From positions 2,432,001 to 2,496,000 of the forward strand of contig CAWIAD010000001.1 in NCBI GenBank assembly GCA_963833985.1: a DNA stretch of 64,000 nt, read 5' to 3'. Source of the DNA: an uncultured Planctomycetaceae bacterium. Lineage in GTDB: Bacteria > Planctomycetota > Planctomycetia > Isosphaerales > Isosphaeraceae. Below are positions 28,122-37,997 of this stretch, one piece after another. How positions within the stretch are numbered: the first letter of the stretch is position 1; each line of letters starts with the position of its first letter. The notes under the pieces are model-generated. The model saw only the letters and a program-made list of their open reading frames with translations, was not told the origin of the DNA and did no database searches. The position numbers and the translations under genes are program-made.

Positions 28122-30917
28122 ATGATCCTGTCCGTCGGCTCCTGGGCCTTCAGTGCCGCCCACGGGGAGTCCGTGCGCATTCTCGATGTCGAGACGGTTT
28201 GGAGCCACACCGTCTATCAGGTCTGGATTCCCCGTCTGGCCACGGTCGAACGAGTTCCCGCCGAATCACTGTCCCCGGATCAACCGACGAAGGCGACCAG
28301 CCTCGATCGGATCACCTACGCCGTGGCCGCCGCAAGGATCGCCGACGCTTTGACCCAGGACGTCTTGCTGGCCCCGCTCGAAGCCGGCGTGATCCCCCTG
28401 CCGCATCAGTTGCACGCGCTCACTCGTGCCGTCACCGGCGACCGGGTTCGTTACCTCCTGGCCGATGAGGTCGGCCTGGGCAAGACGATCGAAGCCGGGC
28501 TGATCTTCCGGGAACTCAAGCTGCGCGGGCTCGTGAAGCGGGTTCTGGTCGTCGCCCCCAAGGGCCTCGTGCCCCAATGGGTCCAGGAGATGCAGACCCA
28601 TTTCGGCGAGGAGTTCCGGCTCCTCATTCCCAGCGAGTTCTCCGCGTGGCGGAATCTCACGGGAGCCGAGAACGTCTGGCGGCAGTTCGATCAGGTCGTC
28701 TGCCCCGCCGATTCCATCAAGCCGATCGAACGACGACGAGGCTGGTCCCGCGAGAAGCTCGAAGCGTACAACCAGGAACGCCTCGGCGACTTGATCGACG
28801 CCGGTTGGGATCTGATCATCTGCGACGAAGCCCACCGGCTCGGCGGCAGCACGGAACAGGTCGCCCGCTATCGCCTGGGCAGGGCTCTCGCCGAGGCCGC
28901 CCCGTATTTGCTCTTGCTCTCGGCCACGCCGCACCAGGGGAAGACGGCGGGATTTCAGCGGCTCATGGCTCTTCTGGACCGAGATGAGTTCATCGCCGCC
29001 GGTTCCATTCGCCGCGAAAAAGTCGTCCCGTTCGTAATCCGTACCGAGAAGCGGCGGGCCATCAACGACCGTGGCGATCCGTTGTTCATGCCTCGGGTGA
29101 CCAAACTCATGCCCGTGCGTTGGGACGACGAGAAGCACAGGCTCCAGAAGCACCTGTACGAGTCGGTCACGGAGTACGTTCGCCTCGGCTACAACCAGGC
29201 GATGCGGCAGAACCGCCAGTACCTCGGCTTCCTAATGATCCTGATGCAGCGGCTCGTCACAAGCAGCACGCAAGCGATCGCCACGGCAATGGAGCGGCGG
29301 CTCGAAACGCTGCACGCGACCAACATCACGGCCATCGACGAGGAAGAGCCCGAAGCCAACCTGGACGAACAGGACGGCCAGGAGCAGTTGGAAGAACTGC
29401 TGGCGATCCGGCTGGCTGGCCTTCAAAACGAGAAGGAAGAGGTCAAACTCCTCCTCGACCTAGCTCGCCGTTGTCAGGCCCAGGGTCCCGACGCACGGGC
29501 TGAGACGCTCCTCGACATCCTTTACGAGAACCAGCGGGACGAGAACAACCCGGAGTTGAAGTACCTGATCTTCACCGAGTTCGTGCCGACGCAGAACATG
29601 CTCCGCGATTTCTTAGAGCAGCACGGCTTCTCGGTCGCTTGCCTCAACGGCTCGATGGACCTAGAGGACCGACGTCGCGTCCAACGTCAGTTCGCCGAGA
29701 AGGCTCGCATCCTCGTCTCAACCGATGCCGGTGGCGAAGGTCTGAACCTACAATTCGCTCACATCATCATTAACTACGACTTACCCTGGAACCCCATGCG
29801 GATCGAGCAGCGCATCGGGCGTGTCGATCGTATCGGCCAGAAACTCCCGGTGAAAGCGTTCAACCTGATCTTCGAGAACAGCGTCGAACTTCGTGTCCAG
29901 GAAGTCCTCGAAGACAAGCTGGCGACGATTCTCGATGAGTTCGGCGTGGACAAGACGCAGGACGTTCTCGATTCTGCCGAGAGCGGGGCCGTCTTCGAGC
30001 GGCTCTATGCCCAGGCCATCCTCAACCCCGGTGACATTGAAAAAAACATCGACCTGCTGATCGACGAAGTCCGCGAGCAGGCCAAGGAAGAGATCGCCGG
30101 TCGGTCATACTATGGCGAGACGGTGCTCGATCCGACTCTGGCCCAGAAGCTGAGTAGCCATCCGTTGCCGTTTTGGGTTGAGCGCATGGCGACGGCTTAC
30201 CTGCGCTCCGAAGGCGGCAAGGTGGAGCGAGACTTGTTCGGCTACACCCTGGAGTGGCCCGATGGCACTCGAATGGACCGTGTGTCGTTTCAAAGCCGAG
30301 ACGCCCAGGACAAGGGCCTGCAACATGTCAGCCTGGAAGACCCCCGAATCCGTCGGCTCGTCCAGCAGTTGCCCCGAGTGGTCGCCACCGAGCCGATCCC
30401 TTGCGTTCGTCTTGCCAGCCTGCCCTCCGAGGTCGTCGGCTACTGGTCGTTGTGGCGAATCGCGATCGACAACCGGTCCCTCCGGGACGTGAAGATCATC
30501 CCGATCTTTCACCACGACGACGGCCGCAATCTCGTGCCCACGGCCCGCCACATTTGGGACGTCTTGATGGAGGATCGTCCCGATGTTGAACAGGTTGGAA
30601 CCAAGGCAGGGAGCGAAGTGGAGGCAGTATTCCGAACGCTACGAGCGGAAGCCGAGCGACAGGGTGAAGACGCATTTCACGAACTCTATGCTCGCCACCA
30701 ACAGCGATTAAAGCGAGAGCACGAAAAAGGCCAGTACGCCTTCCAGGCTCGCCGGGAAGCCCTCGATCGTCTTGGGCTCCCGGAAGTGCGACGACATCGT
30801 CTCAAGCGCTTGGGCGAGGAGGAACTTGCCTGGGCTGCCGAGCTACGCAAACGCGAGCAAATTTTGCCAGAGCTTCAGCCGGTCGTTCTCTTGCGAGTGG
30901 AGGCAGGGAATGGCTAA
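28122..30917 (+). CDS. brxHII: BREX type 3 SNF2-like helicase BrxHII (start may be 28094)
   Basis: LADEVGLGKT, DEAH, SATP, STDAGGEGLNLQ, PWNPMRIEQRIGRVDR. Confidence 0.9.
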   Translation: MILSVGSWAFSAAHGESVRILDVETVWSHTVYQVWIPRLATVERVPAESLSPDQPTKATSLDRITYAVAAARIADALTQDVLLAPLEAGVIPLPHQLHALTRAVTGDRVRYLLADEVGLGKTIEAGLIFRELKLRGLVKRVLVVAPKGLVPQWVQEMQTHFGEEFRLLIPSEFSAWRNLTGAENVWRQFDQVVCPADSIKPIERRRGWSREKLEAYNQERLGDLIDAGWDLIICDEAHRLGGSTEQVARYRLGRALAEAAPYLLLLSATPHQGKTAGFQRLMALLDRDEFIAAGSIRREKVVPFVIRTEKRRAINDRGDPLFMPRVTKLMPVRWDDEKHRLQKHLYESVTEYVRLGYNQAMRQNRQYLGFLMILMQRLVTSSTQAIATAMERRLETLHATNITAIDEEEPEANLDEQDGQEQLEELLAIRLAGLQNEKEEVKLLLDLARRCQAQGPDARAETLLDILYENQRDENNPELKYLIFTEFVPTQNMLRDFLEQHGFSVACLNGSMDLEDRRRVQRQFAEKARILVSTDAGGEGLNLQFAHIIINYDLPWNPMRIEQRIGRVDRIGQKLPVKAFNLIFENSVELRVQEVLEDKLATILDEFGVDKTQDVLDSAESGAVFERLYAQAILNPGDIEKNIDLLIDEVREQAKEEIAGRSYYGETVLDPTLAQKLSSHPLPFWVERMATAYLRSEGGKVERDLFGYTLEWPDGTRMDRVSFQSRDAQDKGLQHVSLEDPRIRRLVQQLPRVVATEPIPCVRLASLPSEVVGYWSLWRIAIDNRSLRDVKIIPIFHHDDGRNLVPTARHIWDVLMEDRPDVEQVGTKAGSEVEAVFRTLRAEAERQGEDAFHELYARHQQRLKREHEKGQYAFQARREALDRLGLPEVRRHRLKRLGEEELAWAAELRKREQILPELQPVVLLRVEAGNG

Positions 30918-32868
30918 CTGGCGCGACTCGATCCTCAAGAACTTCAAGCCGAAGATTTCGCGACTGACGCTCGTCGCCGACCCCGACGGGTTGCTCACCG
31001 AGGAAGGAATGCTCTCGGCTATCCGGGAACGAGGCTTCGATCTGATCCCGTTTGATGACCCGATAGCGTTCCGCTTTGCGTACGAGTCGCAATATCGCAG
31101 CCAGTGGGACAAGGGCCAGAACACGGACCTAGTGGTAGTCTTGCGTTCCACTGAGCCGCAGTTGAACAAGCTCCCCTTCGATCTGTTGAAGGCGGGTCGG
31201 CATCTGACTTTTGCGTTGCACCAGTTGTTCCCGAAGCTGAACTATCCGGTGATCGCCGGGTTGGATCGTGTGTACCTTGATGCCGTAGAGGAGGCTTACC
31301 AGAAGCACGATGGCAACCAGCTGACCGAACGCGAAACCAAAGAGTTCGTGTTGATGCATTGCTTCAGCATCGTGCCCCAACTCATCAAGAAGCCAGTCGA
31401 GTTGATGAAAGTTCTATTATCCCTTCACTCTCGCAAGGTGCGTCTGCCCGATTTCCTGATTGAGTATCTGCTGGAAAACCTATCGAAAGACGCCACTTTC
31501 AAGAAGTGGCCTCTCGCGGACATTCTCCCCAGCCGGGAGAGTTTTCTGCGCTTTCTACAGGACGAGTGGAGAGGGTTCCTCGGCGTAAGGGCTGAGCCGT
31601 CACGAACCTGCCGAGTCCCATTCAGCCACGAAGATGTGCGAGCCTACATCGACACCTTCTTTCTCGACGGCTCGCTTACGCCTATCGAACTGGAGAGCGA
31701 GACCACATTGCCCGCCTGGGCGCAGACAGGGGTCGTCCGCGATCCCAAGGCCGACGCCATCCGTCGGTTCCGAGCTCTATGGCGAAAGTTCGAGGCGGAA
31801 ATCCCCACCTCAGGTGTATCGCATCGGGAATGGCAGCAAGCGGCAGAACGGTGGGCGGAACTGGTCGTGATGCGTTGGGAATGGGACGAGTCGCTTGAGG
31901 CGACTGACCGGACTGCCTGGATCGAATTACAGAAAACCGTTGAGGACTCCTTCGCTCTTTGGATGATGCAGCGTTACGGCTCTTTGCACAACCTGCCCTA
32001 CCACCAACAACCGGTTATGGTTCACCAGATTCCCCGCTTCATGGCGGTGGAGAAAAAAGCCAAGAAGTTTAGCAAGATCGCTCTGCTGGTACTCGACGGC
32101 CTTGCCTTTGATCAATGGCTTCTACTCAGGAAGAATCTCGAAGTCGGCGACAAAGCATGGCGGTTCCGCGAATCGACGGCGTTCGCCTGGGTTCCGACTC
32201 TCACGTCAGTCACCCGTCAGTCAATCTTTGCCGGAGAACCGCCGCTCTACTTCCCGGATTCTCTCGCGACGACCGCAAAGGAGAAGGCCCACTGGCTGAG
32301 GTTCTGGGAGGACCAAGGCGTTCCTCGTGCCAGCATCGATCTGGTTACGAGCCTCGATGGTCCGAACGATTCGAAGCTGGAGACGGCTCTCGGCAACCCA
32401 CGACTCTCGGTCCTGGGCATCGTATGGAACAAGGTCGATGACATCATGCACGGAATGCAGATGCAGACGGCCGGGATGCACAACCAGGTGCGTCTGTGGG
32501 CTAGTCAGGGCCATTTGCAACAACTGCTCGCCCGTCTTCACGAGGAGGGCTTCGTCGTCTATCTGACCGCCGACCACGGAAACGTCACAGCCACCGGCGT
32601 TGGCAATCCGAAGGAAGGCGTTCTGGTGGAAACCAAAGGCAAGAGGGTCCGTGTTTACGATCGTGTCCAGTTCCTTGAGGAAGTTGCAGTCAAGTTTCCC
32701 GATTCGGTGCGATGGACGAATCAGGGGCTACCCCCGGCTCGGTACGTTCTCCTGGCGGGCGACCTGAAGGCATTCACGGACGAAGGCGAGGAAGTTGTGT
32801 CCCACGGCGGGATCGCCCTGGAAGAAGTCATGGTGCCGTTCGTGGCGATCACCAGGGAGAGGACATGA
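30910..32868 (+). CDS. pglZ: BREX type 3 phosphatase/nuclease PglZ
   Basis: LVADPDGLL, LLVLDGL, PTLTSVTRQSIFAG, TADHG, SHGGIALEEVMVP; overlaps brxHII stop. Confidence 0.92.
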   Translation: MANWRDSILKNFKPKISRLTLVADPDGLLTEEGMLSAIRERGFDLIPFDDPIAFRFAYESQYRSQWDKGQNTDLVVVLRSTEPQLNKLPFDLLKAGRHLTFALHQLFPKLNYPVIAGLDRVYLDAVEEAYQKHDGNQLTERETKEFVLMHCFSIVPQLIKKPVELMKVLLSLHSRKVRLPDFLIEYLLENLSKDATFKKWPLADILPSRESFLRFLQDEWRGFLGVRAEPSRTCRVPFSHEDVRAYIDTFFLDGSLTPIELESETTLPAWAQTGVVRDPKADAIRRFRALWRKFEAEIPTSGVSHREWQQAAERWAELVVMRWEWDESLEATDRTAWIELQKTVEDSFALWMMQRYGSLHNLPYHQQPVMVHQIPRFMAVEKKAKKFSKIALLVLDGLAFDQWLLLRKNLEVGDKAWRFRESTAFAWVPTLTSVTRQSIFAGEPPLYFPDSLATTAKEKAHWLRFWEDQGVPRASIDLVTSLDGPNDSKLETALGNPRLSVLGIVWNKVDDIMHGMQMQTAGMHNQVRLWASQGHLQQLLARLHEEGFVVYLTADHGNVTATGVGNPKEGVLVETKGKRVRVYDRVQFLEEVAVKFPDSVRWTNQGLPPARYVLLAGDLKAFTDEGEEVVSHGGIALEEVMVPFVAITRERT

Positions 32869-34343
32869 GGAAGGTCCTCGGAATCGACAGGAAGATCAAA
32901 AGGGCGTGGGTCGATGCGGTGCTGGACCGGCTGACGCAAACGACGGACGAGACGGAACTGCGCGCCTTCTTGGATGAGCTCCTGAAGGACGAAGTCTCCG
33001 GTAAGGAGTCGAGGGCCAAGACGACCGGGATCATCCTGCGAATCTGGAGCGGAATCCCATCAGCAAGAATCCCGCTGCGTGACCGGGCCGTGGCGATGCT
33101 GCCTCGCATCTCGGGGCAGGAACGAATCTGGCTGCATTGGGGTATGATGGTACTGGCGTACCCGTTCTTTCGAGACATTGCCGAAGTCGTCGGTCGCCTC
33201 TTGTCGCTCCAGGACGATTTCACCACGGCTCAGGTACAGGGCCGAATACTCACGACCTGGGGAGACCGGGCCACGAGCAAGGTAGCGGTGCCGAAGCTCA
33301 TAACGACCCTCGTGGATTGGGAGGTCCTTCGCTCGACGAAGACGAAGGGTCACTTTCTCCTGGCCCGGAAGATGACCGCCAGTACCCCAGACCTGCAACT
33401 CTGGCTGCTCGAAGCGCTTCTGGGGGCCAGCGCGGCCGATGAAATTGAGGCCCAGCAGTTCTTGCGTCTGCCCGAGTCGTTTCCGTTCAACCTGAGCATT
33501 GGGCTTGCTGATCTTCGACGACATGAAGGCTTTAACATCCATCGTCAAGGACTCGACATGGATATGGTCTCGCTACGGCCGGTGAAGAAGACCATCCCAG
33601 TGAAGTCTCCGAAGAAGCCTGTTAAGAAGCCCAAGCAGGCAGCGCCCAGCGTGTTTGATGCGATTTCTGTCGAGACACCGAAGTACCCCGTCGCTCAACA
33701 GATCGTCCAAGAGGTTGTCGAGGTCGCTCCTGTCCCCACGGCGGAACTTCATCCGAACCTCGAACCGTTCATCGCCTCCAAGATGGTTCCGCCCATTGAA
33801 TTGGCAATGTCCGAGCCAGACCGGACCGAGTCGCGGGCAGATTTCGTTACGACAGAGAGGTTGACGATCGTCAGGGATCTGGACCTCTCGGTCAACGTAC
33901 CGTTCTCGGCTCCGATCGGCGAATGTGTGAGACTCTTCCATGAAAGTCTCGACTTCGCGTGTATCGCCTTGGCTCACGACACGATCGACGCTATTCTGCG
34001 GCTTGTTTGCAAAGTGAAACTCGGCGCAAGGCAGGCCAAGTGTGCCGACATACGCAACCAATTCGGAGGTCTGACAGCGATCGGCGTGCTGCCGATTCCC
34101 ATGAAGACCAGACTCGAAAAGCTCTGGTACGAGCGAGTCGATTACCTGGAACTGAACATGGCCGAGCCTTCCGATCAATCGGCGATCGAGGAAGTGGCAT
34201 CGAGCCACATCTCGGTTCTGGTCGAACTCGTTCGTCACTTCCTTGGGCAATCGTCGGTTCAAGGCAAAGTTCTACCCGATCACCCGGAGTACTGGAACCA
34301 AGTCAAGAAAAGGCTCACATTCAAAGCCGAAACGGCAGGGTGA
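32865..34343 (+). CDS. brxA: BrxA-like protein with a long C-terminal extension
   Basis: ATGA overlap with pglZ; GIDRKI...LHWGMMVLAYPFFRD...WGDR...LVDWEVL; then a Lys/Pro linker and an extra helical domain. Confidence 0.75.
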   Translation: MRKVLGIDRKIKRAWVDAVLDRLTQTTDETELRAFLDELLKDEVSGKESRAKTTGIILRIWSGIPSARIPLRDRAVAMLPRISGQERIWLHWGMMVLAYPFFRDIAEVVGRLLSLQDDFTTAQVQGRILTTWGDRATSKVAVPKLITTLVDWEVLRSTKTKGHFLLARKMTASTPDLQLWLLEALLGASAADEIEAQQFLRLPESFPFNLSIGLADLRRHEGFNIHRQGLDMDMVSLRPVKKTIPVKSPKKPVKKPKQAAPSVFDAISVETPKYPVAQQIVQEVVEVAPVPTAELHPNLEPFIASKMVPPIELAMSEPDRTESRADFVTTERLTIVRDLDLSVNVPFSAPIGECVRLFHESLDFACIALAHDTIDAILRLVCKVKLGARQAKCADIRNQFGGLTAIGVLPIPMKTRLEKLWYERVDYLELNMAEPSDQSAIEEVASSHISVLVELVRHFLGQSSVQGKVLPDHPEYWNQVKKRLTFKAETAG

Positions 34344-34642
34344 CCGAAGGAGCCGAGTGGGTCTGGGCGAGTTCCTTGATGTAGGCCGAGACGTGGAAGC
34401 TCTTGATGTCCTTGAGGGCGAGCCGTCGGGCCTCGGACCACTCGAAGAACCGCCGGGCGTTCCGGTAATAGGCCGCCCGCGTGTTCTTGTTGCGGATCGT
34501 GTCCGTGAAGAACGTGAAGAACCGCTCGGACGCCTTCGGCCCCTCGTCGGCGATGACGGCGGGGATGGTCGTCGTGGCGGCCCGTTCGATGGTCGCCGGG
34601 AGCGGAGCGTCGTCGGTCGTCAGGTTCCGGTTCTTGAGCATT
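34340..34642 (-). pseudogene. N-terminal fragment of a tyrosine recombinase
   Basis: ASERFFTFFTDTIRNKNTRAAYYRNARRFFEW...HVSAYIKEL (SAM-like domain); no catalytic domain; truncated at the brxA 3' end. Confidence 0.78.
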
Positions 34643-34683
34643 TCGGTCCTCGGCCTGGGTCCCCTGCCCGGTCCCCATTTTAG

Positions 34684-34705
34684 TCGCATAACGCCCTTTA
34701 TGCGA
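34684..34705. promoter_or_regulatory. dif-like tyrosine recombinase core site
   Basis: TCGCATAA-cgccct-TTATGCGA: perfect 8-bp inverted repeat with 6-bp spacer, upstream of the recombinase remnant. Confidence 0.7.
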
Positions 34706-34952
34706 GCCATATCGGACCAGGGAAGGGGGCGGCAAGAGTGGATTTTTTGCAGCGTCCCTCGGCCAGAGAATCCACCCCAGAAACGCGAAACCCACCGGCG
34801 GTCGAGCCGATTTACAGACATCGCATGCGGGCATGCATTTTGTCCGTGGATGTTGACAGACCAATGACCCATTGACACGGCCCTCGGGACCGTAGATTTT
34901 GAGGCATGTTTCCCTGGTTTGCGATACGCACCGTGTTTAGAGGAGTCCGCCG

Positions 34953-35339
34953 ATGTCGGATGCCGCGTCGAAAGGGAGGCCTAACTCGTCTGCCGAACTC
35001 ACGCTGAACGAGCTTCAAGCGGTCGACCCTGAAATCTTGAAGGAGCTGCAGGAGAAGTATGGACTTGAGATCCAGGTCCGGTCAAACAGCGAAGCCATCA
35101 ACCAACTCTTGCAGGGAGTTGGGCGCACGGCCGCCCTCAGCCCCCAGGAGTTCACCCGCGGCTTTGATCGGACCAACCCCGGGTACGACAAATTCTATGA
35201 CCGCGACGGACCTGGTGGTGGTGGTTCCCGAGAGCAAGTGACTAAGCCAATCGAGAACCTGCTTGCCGTCTCACTGCAGGAGGCGATTAAGTCGTTGTCG
35301 GCAGAACAACTGGCCACAATCAAGAAGCTACACGGCTAA
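34953..35339 (+). CDS. Putative RiPP precursor with internal aromatic-x-Arg/Lys core
   Basis: GAGGAG RBS; FTRGFDRTNPGYDKFYDR at aa 67-84; directly upstream of the rSAM gene. Confidence 0.78.
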   Translation: MSDAASKGRPNSSAELTLNELQAVDPEILKELQEKYGLEIQVRSNSEAINQLLQGVGRTAALSPQEFTRGFDRTNPGYDKFYDRDGPGGGGSREQVTKPIENLLAVSLQEAIKSLSAEQLATIKKLHG

Positions 35340-35562
35340 CAGCTCGGTCCGTCCACAATCGGGACGCCCTCTCAAGCGCCCTACGACCGTGAAATGTTAC
35401 CCGTTCCATAGACTCGTTTCGGCTGAATGCCAGCTCTCGAATTGGGTAGAGTCAGGCGTTCCAGGGGCGCTATAGCCTACTTGCGACAGCGGTGAGGCAA
35501 TCCCTGCGCCGTTACGTCAAAGCGTGTTGTTCCCGCAATCATGAGATAGGGATGGCCCCCTA

Positions 35563-36777
35563 ATGGTTTCGCTTGCTCCACAGTTGCTCCACCTCAGTAC
35601 AGAGGCTGCAGCTTATGTACGGCCGGCCAACTACCTCCTGGTTAAGCTGGCGGCGAGGTGTAACCTCAAGTGTTCTTACTGCTACTGGTTCCGCGACCCG
35701 AGCGTCTATGGGCGACCCAAGGTCATGACTGAGGAGGTCGAGGCGGCGCTCTTGGAAAAGCTACAGCGACACCTCGTTAACTATGGCCTAGACCGATTCT
35801 ATTTGCTGTTTCACGGGGGTGAGCCGACTCTTTTCGGTCGAGATCGCTTCGAGCAGCTCACCGGCCGTTTGCGGGCACTGGAGGCACGTCTTGGGGTGCA
35901 GTTACGTCTGGCGATGACGACTAACGGCTTGCTGCTCGACGACGATTGGATAGACGTCCTGAAACGCCACCAAGTCTCGGTGACACTGAGCTTCGATGGT
36001 CCGCCGCAAGTTAACGACACGCGGCGGATCGACTTCGTCGGTCGGGGCTCGCTCCAACAGAGCGTGGCCGCCCTTCAGCGTCTTCGTGCTGCGGACCTCG
36101 AGCCGGGTGTACTAGCCGTCTGCGATCCGACCCAGGAACCCAGGCTCGTTACCGATTACTTCGTCCAGGAGTTGCACATCCAGGAGTTCGACATCTTGGT
36201 TCCCGATGCTACGCATGAAGACCATACCGTCTCGATCGCCGATTACTATAAGCGGCTCTTCGACATCTGGTTGGACGAACTGGCCCCGCGCGGGGTGCGC
36301 ATCCGCTATCTCGATAGCCTCATCGCAGGTCTGGCCGGCTACGAGAGTCACTCGGAGTCAATCGGCTACGGTCCCAACCTGCACTTTACGATGCTCACCG
36401 ACGGCAGCCTCGAGGCGCTCGACACGGTGCGAATTGCCGGACCGGGGATTACAAACAGTTGTCTAAACATCCTCACCGATGAGATCCAGGACTTGGTCCG
36501 TGACCCGTTCTGGCGGGAGCTGCTCGAGGCCTCAGTCCATCTGCACAGGCAATGCGAGCAGTGTGTGTACCGCTCTGCTTGCGGTGGAGGGCACATCGCG
36601 TCGCGCTGGTCGAGGGCGAATCGCTTTGACAACCCGAGCGTTTACTGCCGGGATCTCATCGAGATCCTCCGCCACATTTGGCAGAGGATGGCACCAGACC
36701 TTTACTTGGTCGGCATTCCTCCGGACGCGGCGTGCAACTCGGGGTCACCGCAGAATCCTGCCAAGAGCATACACTAA
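35563..36777 (+). CDS. Radical SAM/SPASM peptide maturase, cyclophane-forming (FxsB/YhhB-like)
   Basis: CNLKCSYC, FHGGEP, TTNG, SFDG; SPASM CEQCVYRSACGGGH...FDNPSVYC. Confidence 0.9.
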   Translation: MVSLAPQLLHLSTEAAAYVRPANYLLVKLAARCNLKCSYCYWFRDPSVYGRPKVMTEEVEAALLEKLQRHLVNYGLDRFYLLFHGGEPTLFGRDRFEQLTGRLRALEARLGVQLRLAMTTNGLLLDDDWIDVLKRHQVSVTLSFDGPPQVNDTRRIDFVGRGSLQQSVAALQRLRAADLEPGVLAVCDPTQEPRLVTDYFVQELHIQEFDILVPDATHEDHTVSIADYYKRLFDIWLDELAPRGVRIRYLDSLIAGLAGYESHSESIGYGPNLHFTMLTDGSLEALDTVRIAGPGITNSCLNILTDEIQDLVRDPFWRELLEASVHLHRQCEQCVYRSACGGGHIASRWSRANRFDNPSVYCRDLIEILRHIWQRMAPDLYLVGIPPDAACNSGSPQNPAKSIH

Positions 36778-36829
36778 GTTCAAGTTTCGCGAATTCTGAG
36801 GCGGTTCGCGCGTGCCGAGGAGCAAGCCT

Positions 36830-37990
36830 ATGGCCAGTCCCTACGTTTTGGTTCCCCCACCTGTATCGTTCGAGCCCTTCCCTTACTTCCAAGCTGCGCC
36901 GGTGATTCAGAAATATAATTGTGACGAACTGTTTACGTGGCTGAGTGCGGAGGCTCCCTGGCGATACCACCAGGAGTGTTTCTACCAGCAGATGGAATGC
37001 GATCTTCTGACGACGGAGCTTACTGGTCTCGCATCGCGGCTGTTCGACCCCGAGGCTCTGGCCGAACTCGTAGCCATCATGGAGGCGAGCTTCGGCGAGG
37101 TGCTCGACCAGCGGTTGAGTGTCGTCGCACACAAGCTACTGCCGGGCTACCAGATAAACATCCACAACGACGCGCCCGATCCGGGCATGGAGACACACCG
37201 CCTCGTTTTACAGCTAAATCCCCACGGTGTCCGGCCAGTCGGCGGAGACCTGGTGCTTTTCCGTAGCCGGTCGGAGCAGGACGTCCACGCCACGTTCGCT
37301 CCGGACTACAACACTGCGGTCGCCTTTGCCCTTTCGGACCGCTCCTACCACGCCGTGACTCCCGTCGAGACAGGGGTTCGCTATACGGTCGTCTACTCAT
37401 TCTGGACGAAGGACAGCGCGGAGGAAGCACGCCGGCGGGATGCCTCACTCGATGGCGAGGCCATCAAGACACTGGTCAGCATCCTCCAAGCCATCGGCGC
37501 GAACCGCGTTGCCCACAGCGACCGGACGCTGCTTGACCACCTACTAGGTACCTGCGAGCTTCTCCGCGCGTGGGGGTGCCGCCAGGCCGTGTGTGTGGCT
37601 GGGCTGTTCCACAGCGTGTACGGCACCGAGAGCTTAACTACTACCCTCGTCCGGCCCGAAGAGCGCGGCTTGCTCTGCGGGCTGATTGGCCCGGAAGCCG
37701 AAGAGCTGGTGCATCTGTTCGGAACTACTGCGCGGTTGACCCTCTTCGAGCGGTCAGAGGAAGGATGCGTGTTGCAGCTCCGCTCCACACGGGCTGACGA
37801 CTGGCTCACGGTTACACCCCAGCAGGCGCAGGACCTCCTCGCGATCAGCGCGGCTAACTTCGTCGAACAGGCGGCACGCGCTGAGCCCCCATTCTATCCG
37901 AACGACCCGAGTGTTACTGGCTACCAACGATTAGCAGGGCTCCTGCCCGAGCGGGCACGTGGTACTTTGGCACGCTTGGGAGCCTTGTGA
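36830..37990 (+). CDS. 2OG-Fe(II) oxygenase (YhhC-like) fused to a DUF6817/HD-like domain
   Basis: AHKLLPGYQINIHND (HxD), GGDL, YHAV, RYTVVY; then HSDRTLLDHLLGT...GLFHSVYGT...IGPEAEELV. Confidence 0.85.
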   Translation: MASPYVLVPPPVSFEPFPYFQAAPVIQKYNCDELFTWLSAEAPWRYHQECFYQQMECDLLTTELTGLASRLFDPEALAELVAIMEASFGEVLDQRLSVVAHKLLPGYQINIHNDAPDPGMETHRLVLQLNPHGVRPVGGDLVLFRSRSEQDVHATFAPDYNTAVAFALSDRSYHAVTPVETGVRYTVVYSFWTKDSAEEARRRDASLDGEAIKTLVSILQAIGANRVAHSDRTLLDHLLGTCELLRAWGCRQAVCVAGLFHSVYGTESLTTTLVRPEERGLLCGLIGPEAEELVHLFGTTARLTLFERSEEGCVLQLRSTRADDWLTVTPQQAQDLLAISAANFVEQAARAEPPFYPNDPSVTGYQRLAGLLPERARGTLARLGAL

Positions 37991-37997
37991 GGGTTCC

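Noticed and set aside
35563..36777. Anaerobic sulfatase maturase
   Set aside because: No sulfatase nearby; the SPASM tail and adjacent precursor and oxygenase fit a peptide maturase better
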